Of a DNA stretch of 64,000 nucleotides, positions 38,689 through 50,904 are shown piece by piece. The stretch is from Dimorphilus gyrociliatus. Taxonomy: Eukaryota > Animalia > Annelida. Location: positions 2,287,713 through 2,351,712 of the forward strand of contig CAJFCJ010000004.1 of the NCBI GenBank assembly GCA_904063045.1, written 5' to 3'. Position 1 is the stretch's first letter. Every line of letters starts with the position of its first letter. Under the pieces are notes generated by a model. The model made no database searches and had not been told where the DNA came from. It saw only the letters and a program-made list of their open reading frames with translations. The translations under genes were made by a program, and so were the position numbers.

Positions 38689-41600
38689 CTACCCTTGGCT
38701 TAATCTTCGTAAACATTGTTGCAATAGATTGACAGTAAGATTATTTAAAAAATTTGCCCTTCTATTTGCTTCTAATTTACTTATTTCTCTCGTTGCCGTT
38801 AGAGCTAGTAAATGGGTTTTTTGTAAAACAATCCACTTTTCGGCGAATTCGTCCGTTTGAACTGCCATCTGATCTGTTGGTCCCCAGAGCATGACACAGA
38901 GTAAAATATGAGCCGTTCTATAGTCTTTTTCTTTGAGAGCATCTTTAAGGGCTTTCGGTCGGGCAGAAGATGGTATAAGACGCTCAAAAAGGTCTATAAT
39001 TTCTGAAGAATCTTTCGGATTATCTGAAGGTATGACTATGGCATATTTCTGACCAGATATTGCAGAAACAAGGATGTTTGCATAATCCAATCTCGGCTCT
39101 AAACCGAAACTCTTCAGGCAAATGGCCCCGGACAATACTTGTTCCATAAGCTTAGCACACTCCCTACCATACTCGGAAGGATCAACATCAATGTACAATG
39201 CATAAACGACATCTCTGATTGTTTGAACGTTTTCGCAGTTTAAAACTGATATATAGGTAGAAACATCTTTTTCTAATGGATTATCTAAAAATTCCAAAGG
39301 AAGCTGATCTTTAGGTAGGTTCGACTTGAAACTCTTTTCCGGATTTAAGACATGAGGATGCTTATTGTGACATGTTGTTAGTTGGGTCTTTGACACCTAT
39401 TTTCGCACGTTTTAAAATGTAGAAATATTCTAAATTAAGGAAAAAAAAAAGACAACTAACCATTAACACTACAGAATCATTTCCGAGTAAAGGTTTAGCT
39501 TTCATGAAAACTATATCATCCATAGTTAAAATAGCATTATCCTCAACGAAATAATCCGTATAAGATTCAGGAAAATGAGACTTTAACTTTCTAACAAACT
39601 CAATTTTGCATAAACTACGAATGGCTTTGCTCTGAATTTCAATAACGTCCGTCGAAAAATTAGTAGTTGCAACATTCACTTCTGGTACGCAATCTCTTAT
39701 AGAAAATGGCATGGATATGTAAGAAGATATGCCCGTTTTTGGAGGGGGACAATCTGGATTCATTTCTAAACAGCTCGAAGGTTCTAGATAGGCTGACGAG
39801 GGTCTCATATAGCAATTCGATTGATCAATATCTTCGTAAGGCAGTTGAAAGGAATTTAACTCTTCCCCAACAGTTTCGTAAACATCTTCGGATGGTGGTA
39901 GGAGAGGCGGAGCTTCTTGTACTGGAGGTGAAGGTAAGGCTCTATCGGCAAACTTTCTAGTCTTTGGAAAAGTGTCTAACAATTCTGTTACTCTATGCGA
40001 TCTCATTTCTGAAAAAGAATACAAATTGACTTAAAATAGTTGCGATAAAAAACATTTCTTCAACATTTCTTTTTATAAAACAACAGAAAAAAATAGAAAA
40101 TAGAAAAAAAAGACTAAAGCAATTAGTCAGTTCTTCTCACCAGTTTCTACTGCTGAAAAATTATGTAAGAACCAGGATTTTCGTTGATCTTTTTGGCTAT
40201 ATCCAACATTTTCACATGCATGGACTACAACGATAGGAAGAGAAAAAAAATGAAAGAGTAGAATAAGGGAAAGATGGGAGAAATTAACAGTTTCATATAC
40301 AAAATATAAACTTAAAATATTTCCTTTTAACTCACCAGAGCCTGCTAAATCTAAATCGAGTTTTACACCTTCGGTTACAGTTCTTCTAGAATTTCTTGGC
40401 TCTGTTCTAGATCGGGTATTCCTAACAACACTTTCAGCTTCCTTCCAATCGGTTATTTTTAGAGATGGACCTCTGTTTCTTTCTCTTTGTCTTGCTATCC
40501 TCGCTGCAGAACTTCTGGGTAAAGTTGCGTGAATAGACGATGAAATTACACCACTGTCAGGAGGCAATGGGGGCGGAGAACTAGGTCTTTTCAAATCACT
40601 AGACGATCTTCTTGTACCAGGTGGGGGTGGCGGTGGAGCCTCATTCATTCTCACTCTAGGTTTGGTCCCTCGTCCAACTGAAACTTCCGAGCGAGGTCTC
40701 GGTTTTCTTGGAGCTTGCATTAAAGGTGCATCGTCAGGGCTTTTAGGAGAAATGCTTGATCTAGGTGAAGGTTGCGGAGCTGTGTCGACTGTCAGTGCCA
40801 TAGTGGTTGTCTCTGGTACTATTGAAATAGATTTCTTTTTTGTCTGTCGGATACAAACAGTTGTTTAGAATTTGATAGAAAATATAAATACAGCGTTGAT
40901 TGTCAATAATTATTAAGAAAACACTAGAATATATCGGTGAAATCTGTCTACAAAATACACGAAATAATAGGTTTTTCGCTTCAATAATTATACCTCATCT
41001 TCCATGACAAGTCTAGCAACTACTTATACGGCTTTTATTATGTTACAAATAGGATGAAAGTACTTTAAAAAGAAAGGTAGCTGTAAGGAAAAACCTATTT
41101 GCTAAAACAAGATCATCCTCAAAGCTCCCACCTAAACCACATTTTTTATTACCTTTGGAGATTTCATAAGAGAGTCGGATGCTAATGGAACTTCTTCCAA
41201 TATTTGGTCCATCAAGGAAAGTTCCTCTTCTTTATAACTGTCGTCTAAAGTCGGTATGTCGGAAGAACTACTAGTGCTATTTACGGTGCTACTCCTACCC
41301 GAATCGGTTTCAGAAGGTTTCTTACACAAAATAATAGGTGAAGAGTTTGCTGATTTCGATGGCAAAAAATCGTCTTGTTTTAAAGTAAATTGAGCTTTTC
41401 TCAAAAGAGGAGAACTAGGCTTTGTCATTATAACGTCAGACTTCTCTGGAATTTTCTTCTCAATTTCTTCACCTTTGTCGCTTCCTCTCCTAAAAAGTCT
41501 TTTAAAAAAAGAATTTCCTCCACTCTGTTTCTTTTGTCTAGAATCAGGTGAAGAGCTTCTATCGGAGAATCTCTCATCGAATGTCTTCCAGACACGAACT

Positions 41601-42594
41601 TCTTCAGCTATTGCTTTCTTCTTGGCTTCAAAATGGGCTTTCTTGTTTAGTTCGAATGAACTTTCGCCTGTATCAACATCTTCGTATAAATGATAATTGT
41701 CTGCTGGATCTTCTTCTTTAGGTGCCGCATTCTGAATAGGTATTGGACATCCAGAGAGTCCTCTCCTATCAATATCGTACTTATGATAATAGTGAGGTGA
41801 AGGAGCGCCAACACTATCCCTTGGAACGTCTTCTGCTAACACTCGAGGCGGTGGACTTTTCCTACCACTTGACACTTTACGAAACCTATTTTTGAAGAAG
41901 AATTCGACATTTTGATAATAAGAAAATTTAATACAGAAAATTTGTCATTTTCCGTATTTTCGTCAATAAATTCACCTGCTCGGCTTATACATTTCCTCCA
42001 CTTCGTCTTCCGGAGGCAGAGAGCCCTGGGGTAGGGTAGTTGAGTTTCTCCTAGTATTTTTTACAGTTTCTATTGCAAGTTGATCATCTGAAGAGATGGC
42101 TGCCCTTAAATCATCAGATGTATCTTCGTCTTCTGGAATTCCCTCTATCCCAATATTTTCTGTAGAGCCTACACCACCATCTGTACTTATAACAACAGCA
42201 TCTTCTGCGAATCCAACGTGTCTAAAAGAAAAAACAAGAAAGAGGATATAAACAAACGCATGTTAAAACTAATTAATATTTTACGAATTAACTATTTAAT
42301 ACAAAGTTAATGCCCTCCTTGGGGTAATACTCACTTTCCCTCGATGCTAGCCGAACTTCTTAAAGTGGGCCTAAAGCTAGAAGTTGCCGCATGATCAACG
42401 GTTGCTGCTCTTTGAAAAATTTGTCTTTTATTCCTTCTTTCATCTTCTGTACAGAATGATGACAATTGCGACGTTCGAACAGGTGAGTCAGAATCATGGA
42501 CAGACTGGGTTCTTTTACAATTCGCGCATAAATCCTTTTTAAAAGCATGCGGTGTAAAATCGTCACAAGGGGATCCTGCCGCATCATCCGCCAT
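38689..42594 (-). CDS. PEAK-family (PEAK1/SgK269, pragmin/SgK223-like) pseudokinase scaffold, ~1000 aa
   Basis: Exons 42594-42335, 42221-41976, 41885-41153, 40843-40336, 40008-39461 and 39396-38689 splice in frame (3003 nt). N-terminal CDDFTPHAFKKDLCANCKRTQSVH resembles PEAK1 CNTFTEHVWKPGECKNCFKPKSLH. PSEYGRECAKLMEQVLSG resembles PDLYERQVCLLLLQLCSG; LLCVMLWGP resembles LQCLLWGP. Orthology to a specific vertebrate paralogue cannot be assigned. Confidence 0.8.
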
Positions 42595-44812
42595 TTTTCT
42601 GAAAAAACAGTAGAAGAGAAATCGTTAATCAGGAGTATAATTTTATTTTTACAGATACTTAATTAGAAATGAACCCATAAGATAACTTTTAAGGTAATCC
42701 ATACTGAAACCGTTTAAGTAAGCTACTGATTTGACTAGATTACCATTCTTTTAGGCCAAATTTTAATATTTATTATAAAATTGATGAATTGCATACTATT
42801 AATAGCAAAATATCATACGATTATATCCGTTTCAATAGATTATCAATCTCTTTTTTAACATAAGCTATAATACCCAGTTTATTCTGCCTATTCACCTTTC
42901 GTAGAAAGTTTTTTTTAATGGATAACTAATTTATATCGGAAAAGATTTTATAAAGGAATCCTTTTTACTGCAATTTCATTAATGAAATTTCATTTTCACA
43001 TTAAAATTTGAGGAATCAGTTGGAAGTAAGTTTTTAAGAGTGTGGGTGGTACAATAAAAAAAACAGGGTAAATTAAATTTTCCCAGAGAACAACTGGCTT
43101 CTTTCTCCAAATGAAGCCGTAACTATGAGTAAAGAGAGCATCGATTGTAGGTAGTACAAGCAAAAACCCCAAAGAAAGAGCTCAATTTTGTAAAGGAATC
43201 GCTGAAAGAAAATTTTACCTAGAGACTGCTGGTAAGTTACGCACTGAGTATAAAAATAGAAGCAAACCCAAGTGCGAAACCCACAATTTATAATGGATGG
43301 CGCATGTAATACAAGTAATATTTGAAATTGAAGATTTCGGGGCCATAGGGAAAAAAAACACTAGTATTGTTTGAAGAGAGAAATACCAAATAGCACGAAA
43401 GTCAAATATAATAGATAACTTTTTAGGTAAACTTTTAGAATTTTACGACCAGAGTCAAATAAAAAAAAAGGTTCTCCTCTAAAATTCTTTGTAGAAACAA
43501 AAACTAATTCCTATATCTTGAAGCTTATTAGAAGAAAGGCTCCGAATTAGTAATATAATTTACGACGCCTCGACTTCTCTTAGCATCAGTTAGACTTTCG
43601 ACATTATCTCCTTATTAAATAAGACATGAGCCATCTGTGTAAAGAACTTTAGTTTTTCTCTTAAAAAATTTATATATAAATTTACCTAAATGTTGTATAC
43701 ATTGTATAGTTAATCTCTCTTAAAGTAAAAAAAAACGCATAGGAAAGGTCATATTGATGTTTTATGTTTATGGAGGAATTTTTTAAGTTGAGAGATGAAA
43801 AAAATACTATTTCATTTATTGACATTTGTTGCTAACTCTTATAAATTAATCAATCAATCAACAAAAATATTTTATATTCTCTCTGTCTATATACAGTATA
43901 TACTAATACTGTATATATATATTCAACATGTTAGAGGAAACAATTCCCATCCATCCCTTTTTGTAATAGTTTTGATAGCATAGATGTGATTACAGTAATA
44001 AAGGCTGTAAGCTTTGCCTTTTCAACAGTGCGGTTTATTTAATAGAAACATCAGTTTTCATAAAGAATCATACACTCAATAAGATAATTAGATGAAAAGT
44101 TTTTATTGATAAGGGTTAAAAGTTATCTTTGTTTACACTGACCTGATGAATATCGTACGTTGATGTGGAAATACAAGATTGGATGAAAAAAATCGAAAGA
44201 GAAAAGCTGAGAGAAAACAGAGAGAAGCCGCAGAGATTAAGGCAAAGGATTAGTAGAATATGACATTTGTGATTCTCTTTTTTTCAATTCTCTTCTAATG
44301 ATTACGAATAAAAAAGATAAAGATAAAAGAAGAATTACTAATTCTCTTACACTAAAAACGCTAAAGTGGAAAAACATCAAAGTAAATATAGCATATCGGT
44401 TCTGTACCTATTTACTGTTAATCTAAAGCGAGGTAGACATTGATCAAGTATCTCGCTAGCAGAATTCAAACAGTCAAAAAAAAAAGAACGATATATAGCT
44501 ATTCATGAAATATATTCCACAACAGAACTTCTTTATAATTTAATAAGAAAATTGAAATCAAAGGAAAAAGAAGTTTATTGATAAAGAAATTAAGGAAAAG
44601 TATTTCTTGGGCAACAGGCACGTGATAGTTTACAGATGCGTATTAAGTAAGGATTAGTGATGGGCGTTACCTCAGGCTTGATAGGATGAAATTTCTCTTA
44701 GGAGAAAAGAGTGATCAGCTATTTCCTGTCTACTTCTCTCTTTGTTTTACTTGATGAACGCTCTTCTCCTGGTTCTCAATATTCATTTAAAGAAATATTC
44801 AACAAATCGACT

Positions 44813-44830
44813 ATCAACGCCATCTGGCGA
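44813..44830 (-). promoter_or_regulatory. CTCF-like motif (TCGCCAGATGGCG)
   Basis: Close match to the CTCF core CCASYAGRKGGCG in AT-rich intergenic DNA. It is the best of several AGATGGCG cores in the window. Confidence 0.45.
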
Positions 44831-47800
44831 TGGGACAAATGGCTAGAAATAATTTGATGCTAACTAATATATGCTCAATGCGATTCACCACAGGCTGTTA
44901 AATTAATAGCAAAGTTGTCTAATTTTCTAATAGTCGAAACCAATAAGCAAGAATTTATGCTAATCAACAACAGAATAAAAAACCTAGGAGGAAAAAATCC
45001 GTATTAAAGGACATTAACCGCGTAATAAGCTTTGGAATTCATTAAGTACAAGGGAATACGGTAGACGAATGCTATTGGTGACAAGGGAAAAATGAATATT
45101 TTGCAGTACAGAGAGGTTTATATATATGAACCTAATATTCTACATAGGCTTAACATTGTTTTACATCAATTAAAATAACAAACTACTACACAAAGCTACA
45201 AGATATCACACCTTATTCATATAACTTATTAATAATTCAAGAGTTTGTGAACCTTCTTTTGTATACATGTAAGAATTTTTAGCTGACAGTGTCGAAAATC
45301 AATTCATCCTCTTAGGAATTTAGTTAACACGTATATAATTCATTGATTGCCACGTCTCCTTTAACCAACCAAAGTTTGCTGTAATTGATTTTTTGACTTG
45401 AAAATATTCTTTTCTAAACATCCAAAAATACTTTAAATTGAAGGTTTCTCTCTTTCTCTCTTTTTTTCTCCCTCTTTCTATCTCTTTCTTCATTATAACT
45501 GTATCTTTTATATTTCAATAGGAGCGTTTGGATGGCAAGATATCGATTTTTTTCGCTGCCCTGCTTATTATGGATAATTTGTATTCCTAAATGGAAACGT
45601 ACCGACCAACTTCCATGTTGCACGGAGAATTACTAATAGATGGATATTCTCCTTTAACTATATACTTTGCGTTTCTCTAAAAAGATTACAAATTAAGTGA
45701 ACCATACGTATAGTTCTGTTTGTTTATAAAGTAAACATCGGTAAATAGGCTCCATTCCTGGTTACAATTTACTATTGTATAATTATGGATGAGTACTTAA
45801 CGCCGTATGGAAGAATTATAAGTTGAGCTTTCTTTATAAGAGAGAGAAAAAAAAGCCAGAAATATAAAATGTCCACTGGTCAATCACAGCACATGATTAG
45901 AAGTCGTAAAAGTTTAGCTGATTCTTCGACGGTCTTTTTTAATTAAATTACACAGACGAAACCAGTTTTTAATTAGTAAACTGCAAACTGTACCAGTTTT
46001 TCATTTTTTCCGAAATGAAAAATGTGGGAAATATGATTGATTGGGAATTTGTCACCTAGATAATAACAGATCATTTATCTATCTTCATATGATAAATGTC
46101 TATTTTCTCTTACTATACTTGCTATTATAAAAAAATTTTTGTATACAATAACAGTGACAAATCGTAAAAAAGGAGAAAATATAAAAAAGAGTGCTATTTA
46201 TAGATTTGGCGACTTAAGCATGTATTCTTTTATATATAAAAATGAGAGAGAGTGTTAAAAAAGAACTTCTAAAATGAAAAGGAAAATGGATTTTCAACAA
46301 TAATCAGAAATATAGGCGAACATGTTGATCCTTTCATACAATGAGGGGATCAATGCAGTTTTAAAAACTCGTCGAATGGAAATGAAATTAGTTGCTAGAA
46401 AGTCTTGAAAAAATATTTATTCTTCTGCAAAATTTTCCACAAATGTTTGCTTGGAAAATAGTTTTAAAAATAAATTATATAGGAAAAAAGTCAATAAATT
46501 TTTCATTTTCATTCAAAGTAAGATATAAGAGCTACTCAACTTCGTAAATGACCGCTTCCAATTGACAATCGATAATTAGGAGGGTAGGAGGGAAAAGGGA
46601 ATAATCTATAATGACTCTTATTTTACATAATATTTCTCTTTCATCTTCACTAATATTAACGAATGAAAGGGAAGGAATGCAAAGTTAGAGCAGGGTTAAA
46701 CAAGGAAAGAAAGAGAGAAAAAAAGAGTTTGAGTTGAGGAAACGTGATCTCCGATAGTTAATCTCTAAATTCTTTTCGTTGTATTCATTTTGTCAGTTAA
46801 ACTTTCATTAATAAATAAAGAAATTCAATACATTTCAACAATAAATAGGCCTTTAGCTTTCTTCTTTTAAAATTAAAACCTTTCCTCTTAATAAAAAACT
46901 ACATGCAAGTATATACAAGATAGGGAATCTCTCTTTATGAAAAAGGACAAGAACAGAGTAAATCAAATTGGAATTTACTATCTTCATCAATAAATTAGTC
47001 TGTTTGGCGTTTTGTCAACAAAATAACACCTACGCCTCAAGTTAGAACGCTTTATTACAATTTGTAACATGAATAAGCTAATTGAACTACATTGTATGTT
47101 AATATCCTTAATAAAGACAACTATTTACATACAAATACAAATATAAATACTACATATATGTGCTTGTAATTAAATTTAAGATAGCCGTACTTGGTAAAGA
47201 AACTGCAATTAACCTCTCCATACACTTTTGTAAACTTTATATATAGAAAGTAGTTGGTTTAGTAGTTTAAATAAACAAGACACCAGACGCTTTCCAGATA
47301 TCAATTTTGTAAATTTGATCCCATAGTCTGGATCAAGTCATTCTTTTATTTCCTCTATTAATTAAGACAATATAATATTCAGGTGGAAAAGAGCTTAGGC
47401 TGAGGAGGCTAAGTCTCTTTCTTAGAGGGGGTTGGGAAGAAAAAGCATCAAAAAAGCACTGGTAAAGGGAAATTAACTTCTCAAAAAGCAAGCTACATTT
47501 TAGCTAATAGGTCGGAGCCTCTGGCCCTTTTGAAATATATAAAGAATGGGGCTATTGTAACTTTTTTTACAATGCTCCTCCCTAGCATTTAACCAGTACA
47601 ATCTGTTCTTTCAGCTTTAGCTCTCTAACCCGAAACAATCAGCTTTATTAGTATTAATTAAAGTGTAATATTAACCATAAATATATATATTTCCCTGACT
47701 AATATACGCAATTTACCGAATAATATTTCACTATATGTACGGGCCTCTACTTCCACTTTTCCGTAATCAATTAACCGATAACGAGTAAATTTGTTTATAT

Positions 47801-48749
47801 TTGTAGTTTCGTATAAAAAAAGAGGGTAGCGTTTCAGACGCCTTTTCGTATACCGGAACGAGAGCGATATTTAGAGAAAAGAAGGGTGAGAAGATAAGGG
47901 GTTAATGCTAAGGAATGATCGTAAAATCAGCATTTAAACACAAATAAAATGCACTAATAGTAGAATTTCACGAAAGTAATAATAAATCATTTATTAAATA
48001 AGCAAAAGAATGGGATAGTATAGCAAAAAAAGTGATATTTTCTACCGTTCTCCTTCACTATCATAAAATGACGCTTGGTGTTTTTTTTTCTATTTCGATT
48101 ATTACTAAGTAACAATACTGAATATTTTATATATATTTTATTTATATTTTAATAAACTATTTGAACTTGTTGTATACTAAAAAATATATAGAAATCAATA
48201 ATTAGAGAGGGTTTTTTCTAGTATTTTTTTATAGTACTCTCCCATAGGGCTACATCTTGTGACATCCTTTGTTTTAAAGACCACCTCTTTTTTTTCAATA
48301 TTATATTGATTATGGTACGAAAAAGATAAAATAGTATACACGGATGATGAGCATGCACTTGGAATATTCCTTTATGTTTAGCTATTAAAGTATAATTAAT
48401 GAAATTAAAACGTTAATCATCATTTGAAAAGGCGGCACAATATACTCTCCGTAACATGTACAAATGTCTACAGGTAGGCATAAATATATGTATACATAGG
48501 CTTATTAGTACTCTAACACATATATGTACACCTATATTTATACATATGTACAAATGTATACATACTTCTACAGAAGAAACAACCGAAAAAAAACCGTCAT
48601 AAACACTGATAGTTTGTGGTTACTCACTTTTTTTTTAATAGAAATTTTAAGGCGGATTCTTTTATTTCCTTCTAAGTCGAACCTAAATTTTTCATTCGGT
48701 CTATGGCTTTAATTGATTTCTTTCATATAATCCTTTGAAAACTGAAATT

Positions 48750-48910
48750 TACAGTGCAAACTTTGCAGTTAGACTGCAATCAGAAAAACAGCGCATGCGC
48801 ACAAAAATTTTACAATGCCATCTATCGGTTATCGAGAATAAAAAAACTCGTTGATTTTCATTACAGACATTTGCAGTAGCTGGTGTGCACTGCAAAAAAA
48901 TCGATGACTG
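48750..48910. promoter_or_regulatory. Candidate promoter/enhancer: NRF1-type palindrome plus CTCF-like core
   Basis: GCGCATGCGCA at 48791-48801, TGCCATCTATCGG at 48816-48828, and several TGCAGT/ACTGCA inverted repeats within about 160 bp. Confidence 0.4.
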
Positions 48911-50494
48911 CATAATTTATTCGAGGGAAAGTAACGTGTTGTACGTTAGAAAACGAGACGTTATTTTTATTCAAGATGGTGAGCTTCGGTGTTACATAAA
49001 TTTTAGAAGAAGAGTTTTTTGCCATTGAATATATCGATTTTGGAGTAAAATTTAAACAGGTGTGTATAAACTATATCATGTTTGATATTTATGGACGTTG
49101 ATTACGCAGAAAAATACAATTTACAAACGTTGACATAGGCCAAATATGGCTTATAAGCTCGCTTTCATATACATTATATTGTGATGATGACAGTAGTCCT
49201 TTATTGTCTTCTGTTAAAATCAGTCTAACTTGACAAACAGTTCTACGTAAAATATGCCATTTAGCTCGGTTAATTTTTGTATATAACAATAATCGTCAAT
49301 TTAATAATTAGGTCAAAATCTTAGTCATCTGCAAGCAATGCACTTATGGTAGCTTAGTGAAAAGGGGCTTTACTATATTTACCTGAAAAGTTGCGAAATT
49401 GTGAATGATAAAAGTAGATATACAAACAAACAATTACAACTATTCAAGGGAAATATTTCTCTCTTTTTATTAATGTAATATTGTTTTAAATAGGAAAAAT
49501 ACTTAATAACACTTTTATCATCTTAGAACGCGGTTTAAGATTACCAAGTTTTATTTAAGGCTTATTAATAAATTTGTTGATTTACCGTAATGTTACAGTA
49601 TTTCAAAGATCTCTTGCTGTTTATCTTAGATATTCACCTACATTGGATCCCTCCCTATCTCTCTCTCTCGCCCCCAACTCCGCTCTATCTTTGATAGAGG
49701 AATTATCTTAATGGTCATTCTTTGCCATTTTTGCATAATGTTTAAGTAATTTTCCTCATTCCTCTACTATCCATCGTGAATAAATGCGTTTGTCAATATG
49801 CATTTATATCGTTTTACACACAGAGTAAATGCATGAAAGACATCCTATATACAGTACTATGTATATAGTATATACAGTATACATTTATAAATACGATTTA
49901 AATATTATATGTATTCTTTACATGCAATGTAGAAGTTAAAAATATCGTCTTCCTGTTCAAAGGAATCCGTAAATATCCTATTCCACTAGATAACCTTTCA
50001 CCAACCCTTTCAACCATTTTCTAATTGTTTTATTTCAAGAGTATCATCCATTTTTAAAATGTCATTTGGGAATTATTAAAAAGATCTCTCTCGCTCTCTT
50101 TAATGGGCTCTTTTTTTATACAAACCCTGAATTATATTGTCAATATTAATTAGTGAATAAATCATCTACCACCCCTCATTCTTCGTTCCCCCTCCCCACC
50201 TTCCTTCTTTCTATTCTATTTCAGTTTATAAACACACTGCATATACAATAAAACTATCTGCTTTAGAAGGAGAAATATTATTCTTAGACCCATTTCTAAT
50301 ATTCTCCACTACCTTATCAATGTCATCATTATCCCATTACAGTTATTATATTTGTTAGCTTGTCGACGCTTCATCACTTTTGACAAAGAAAGCATTTGAA
50401 TTGAACTAATTATAGCATTCGCTACAGGCTCTAACTCTCTTGAATGATTATGGAATCTAAAATATTTTCTAGATAAAAGATCTCTCACCTCTTC

Positions 50495-50560
50495 TTCTCT
50501 CTCTCTCTCTCTCTCTCCCCCCTCTCTCTCCTTCACTCACTCACCCACTCACTCACTCAC
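50495..50560. repeat. Compound (CT)n/(ACTC)n microsatellite
   Basis: CT run followed by ACTC repeats, about 350 bp upstream of the first RUSC coding exon. Confidence 0.85.
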
Positions 50561-50904
50561 TAGCTCTTTCTCTTCCCCTCAGCTAAATAGGCCTCTAATT
50601 CAACAAGTATTTTTTTTCACAGCAATACCTTTGTTCCTAAAAATAAATTGTTAACAAAATGACCAAACTCTCGAAATATTTTTAATTTTTTTGTTCAGTA
50701 TATATAGTAGGTCTCGTACAAGTTATTTGTATATTTTTCCTTTATGTTTCTCCGTAAATTGCTTCCATATCGCAAAGGGGTTATTTTAATAAAAAAAGCT
50801 GAAAATGTGCAAAAAAGATGTTGAATATTTCGGCTGAAGAGAGAACAACTTGAGATAAAACTTACTAATTCCTTTTAACGCTTTCATTTCAGAGTCGAAA
50901 AAAA

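Noticed and set aside
50309-50536. ORF MKEREGGEREREREEE...
   Set aside because: Its N-terminus is simply the translated (GA)n microsatellite.
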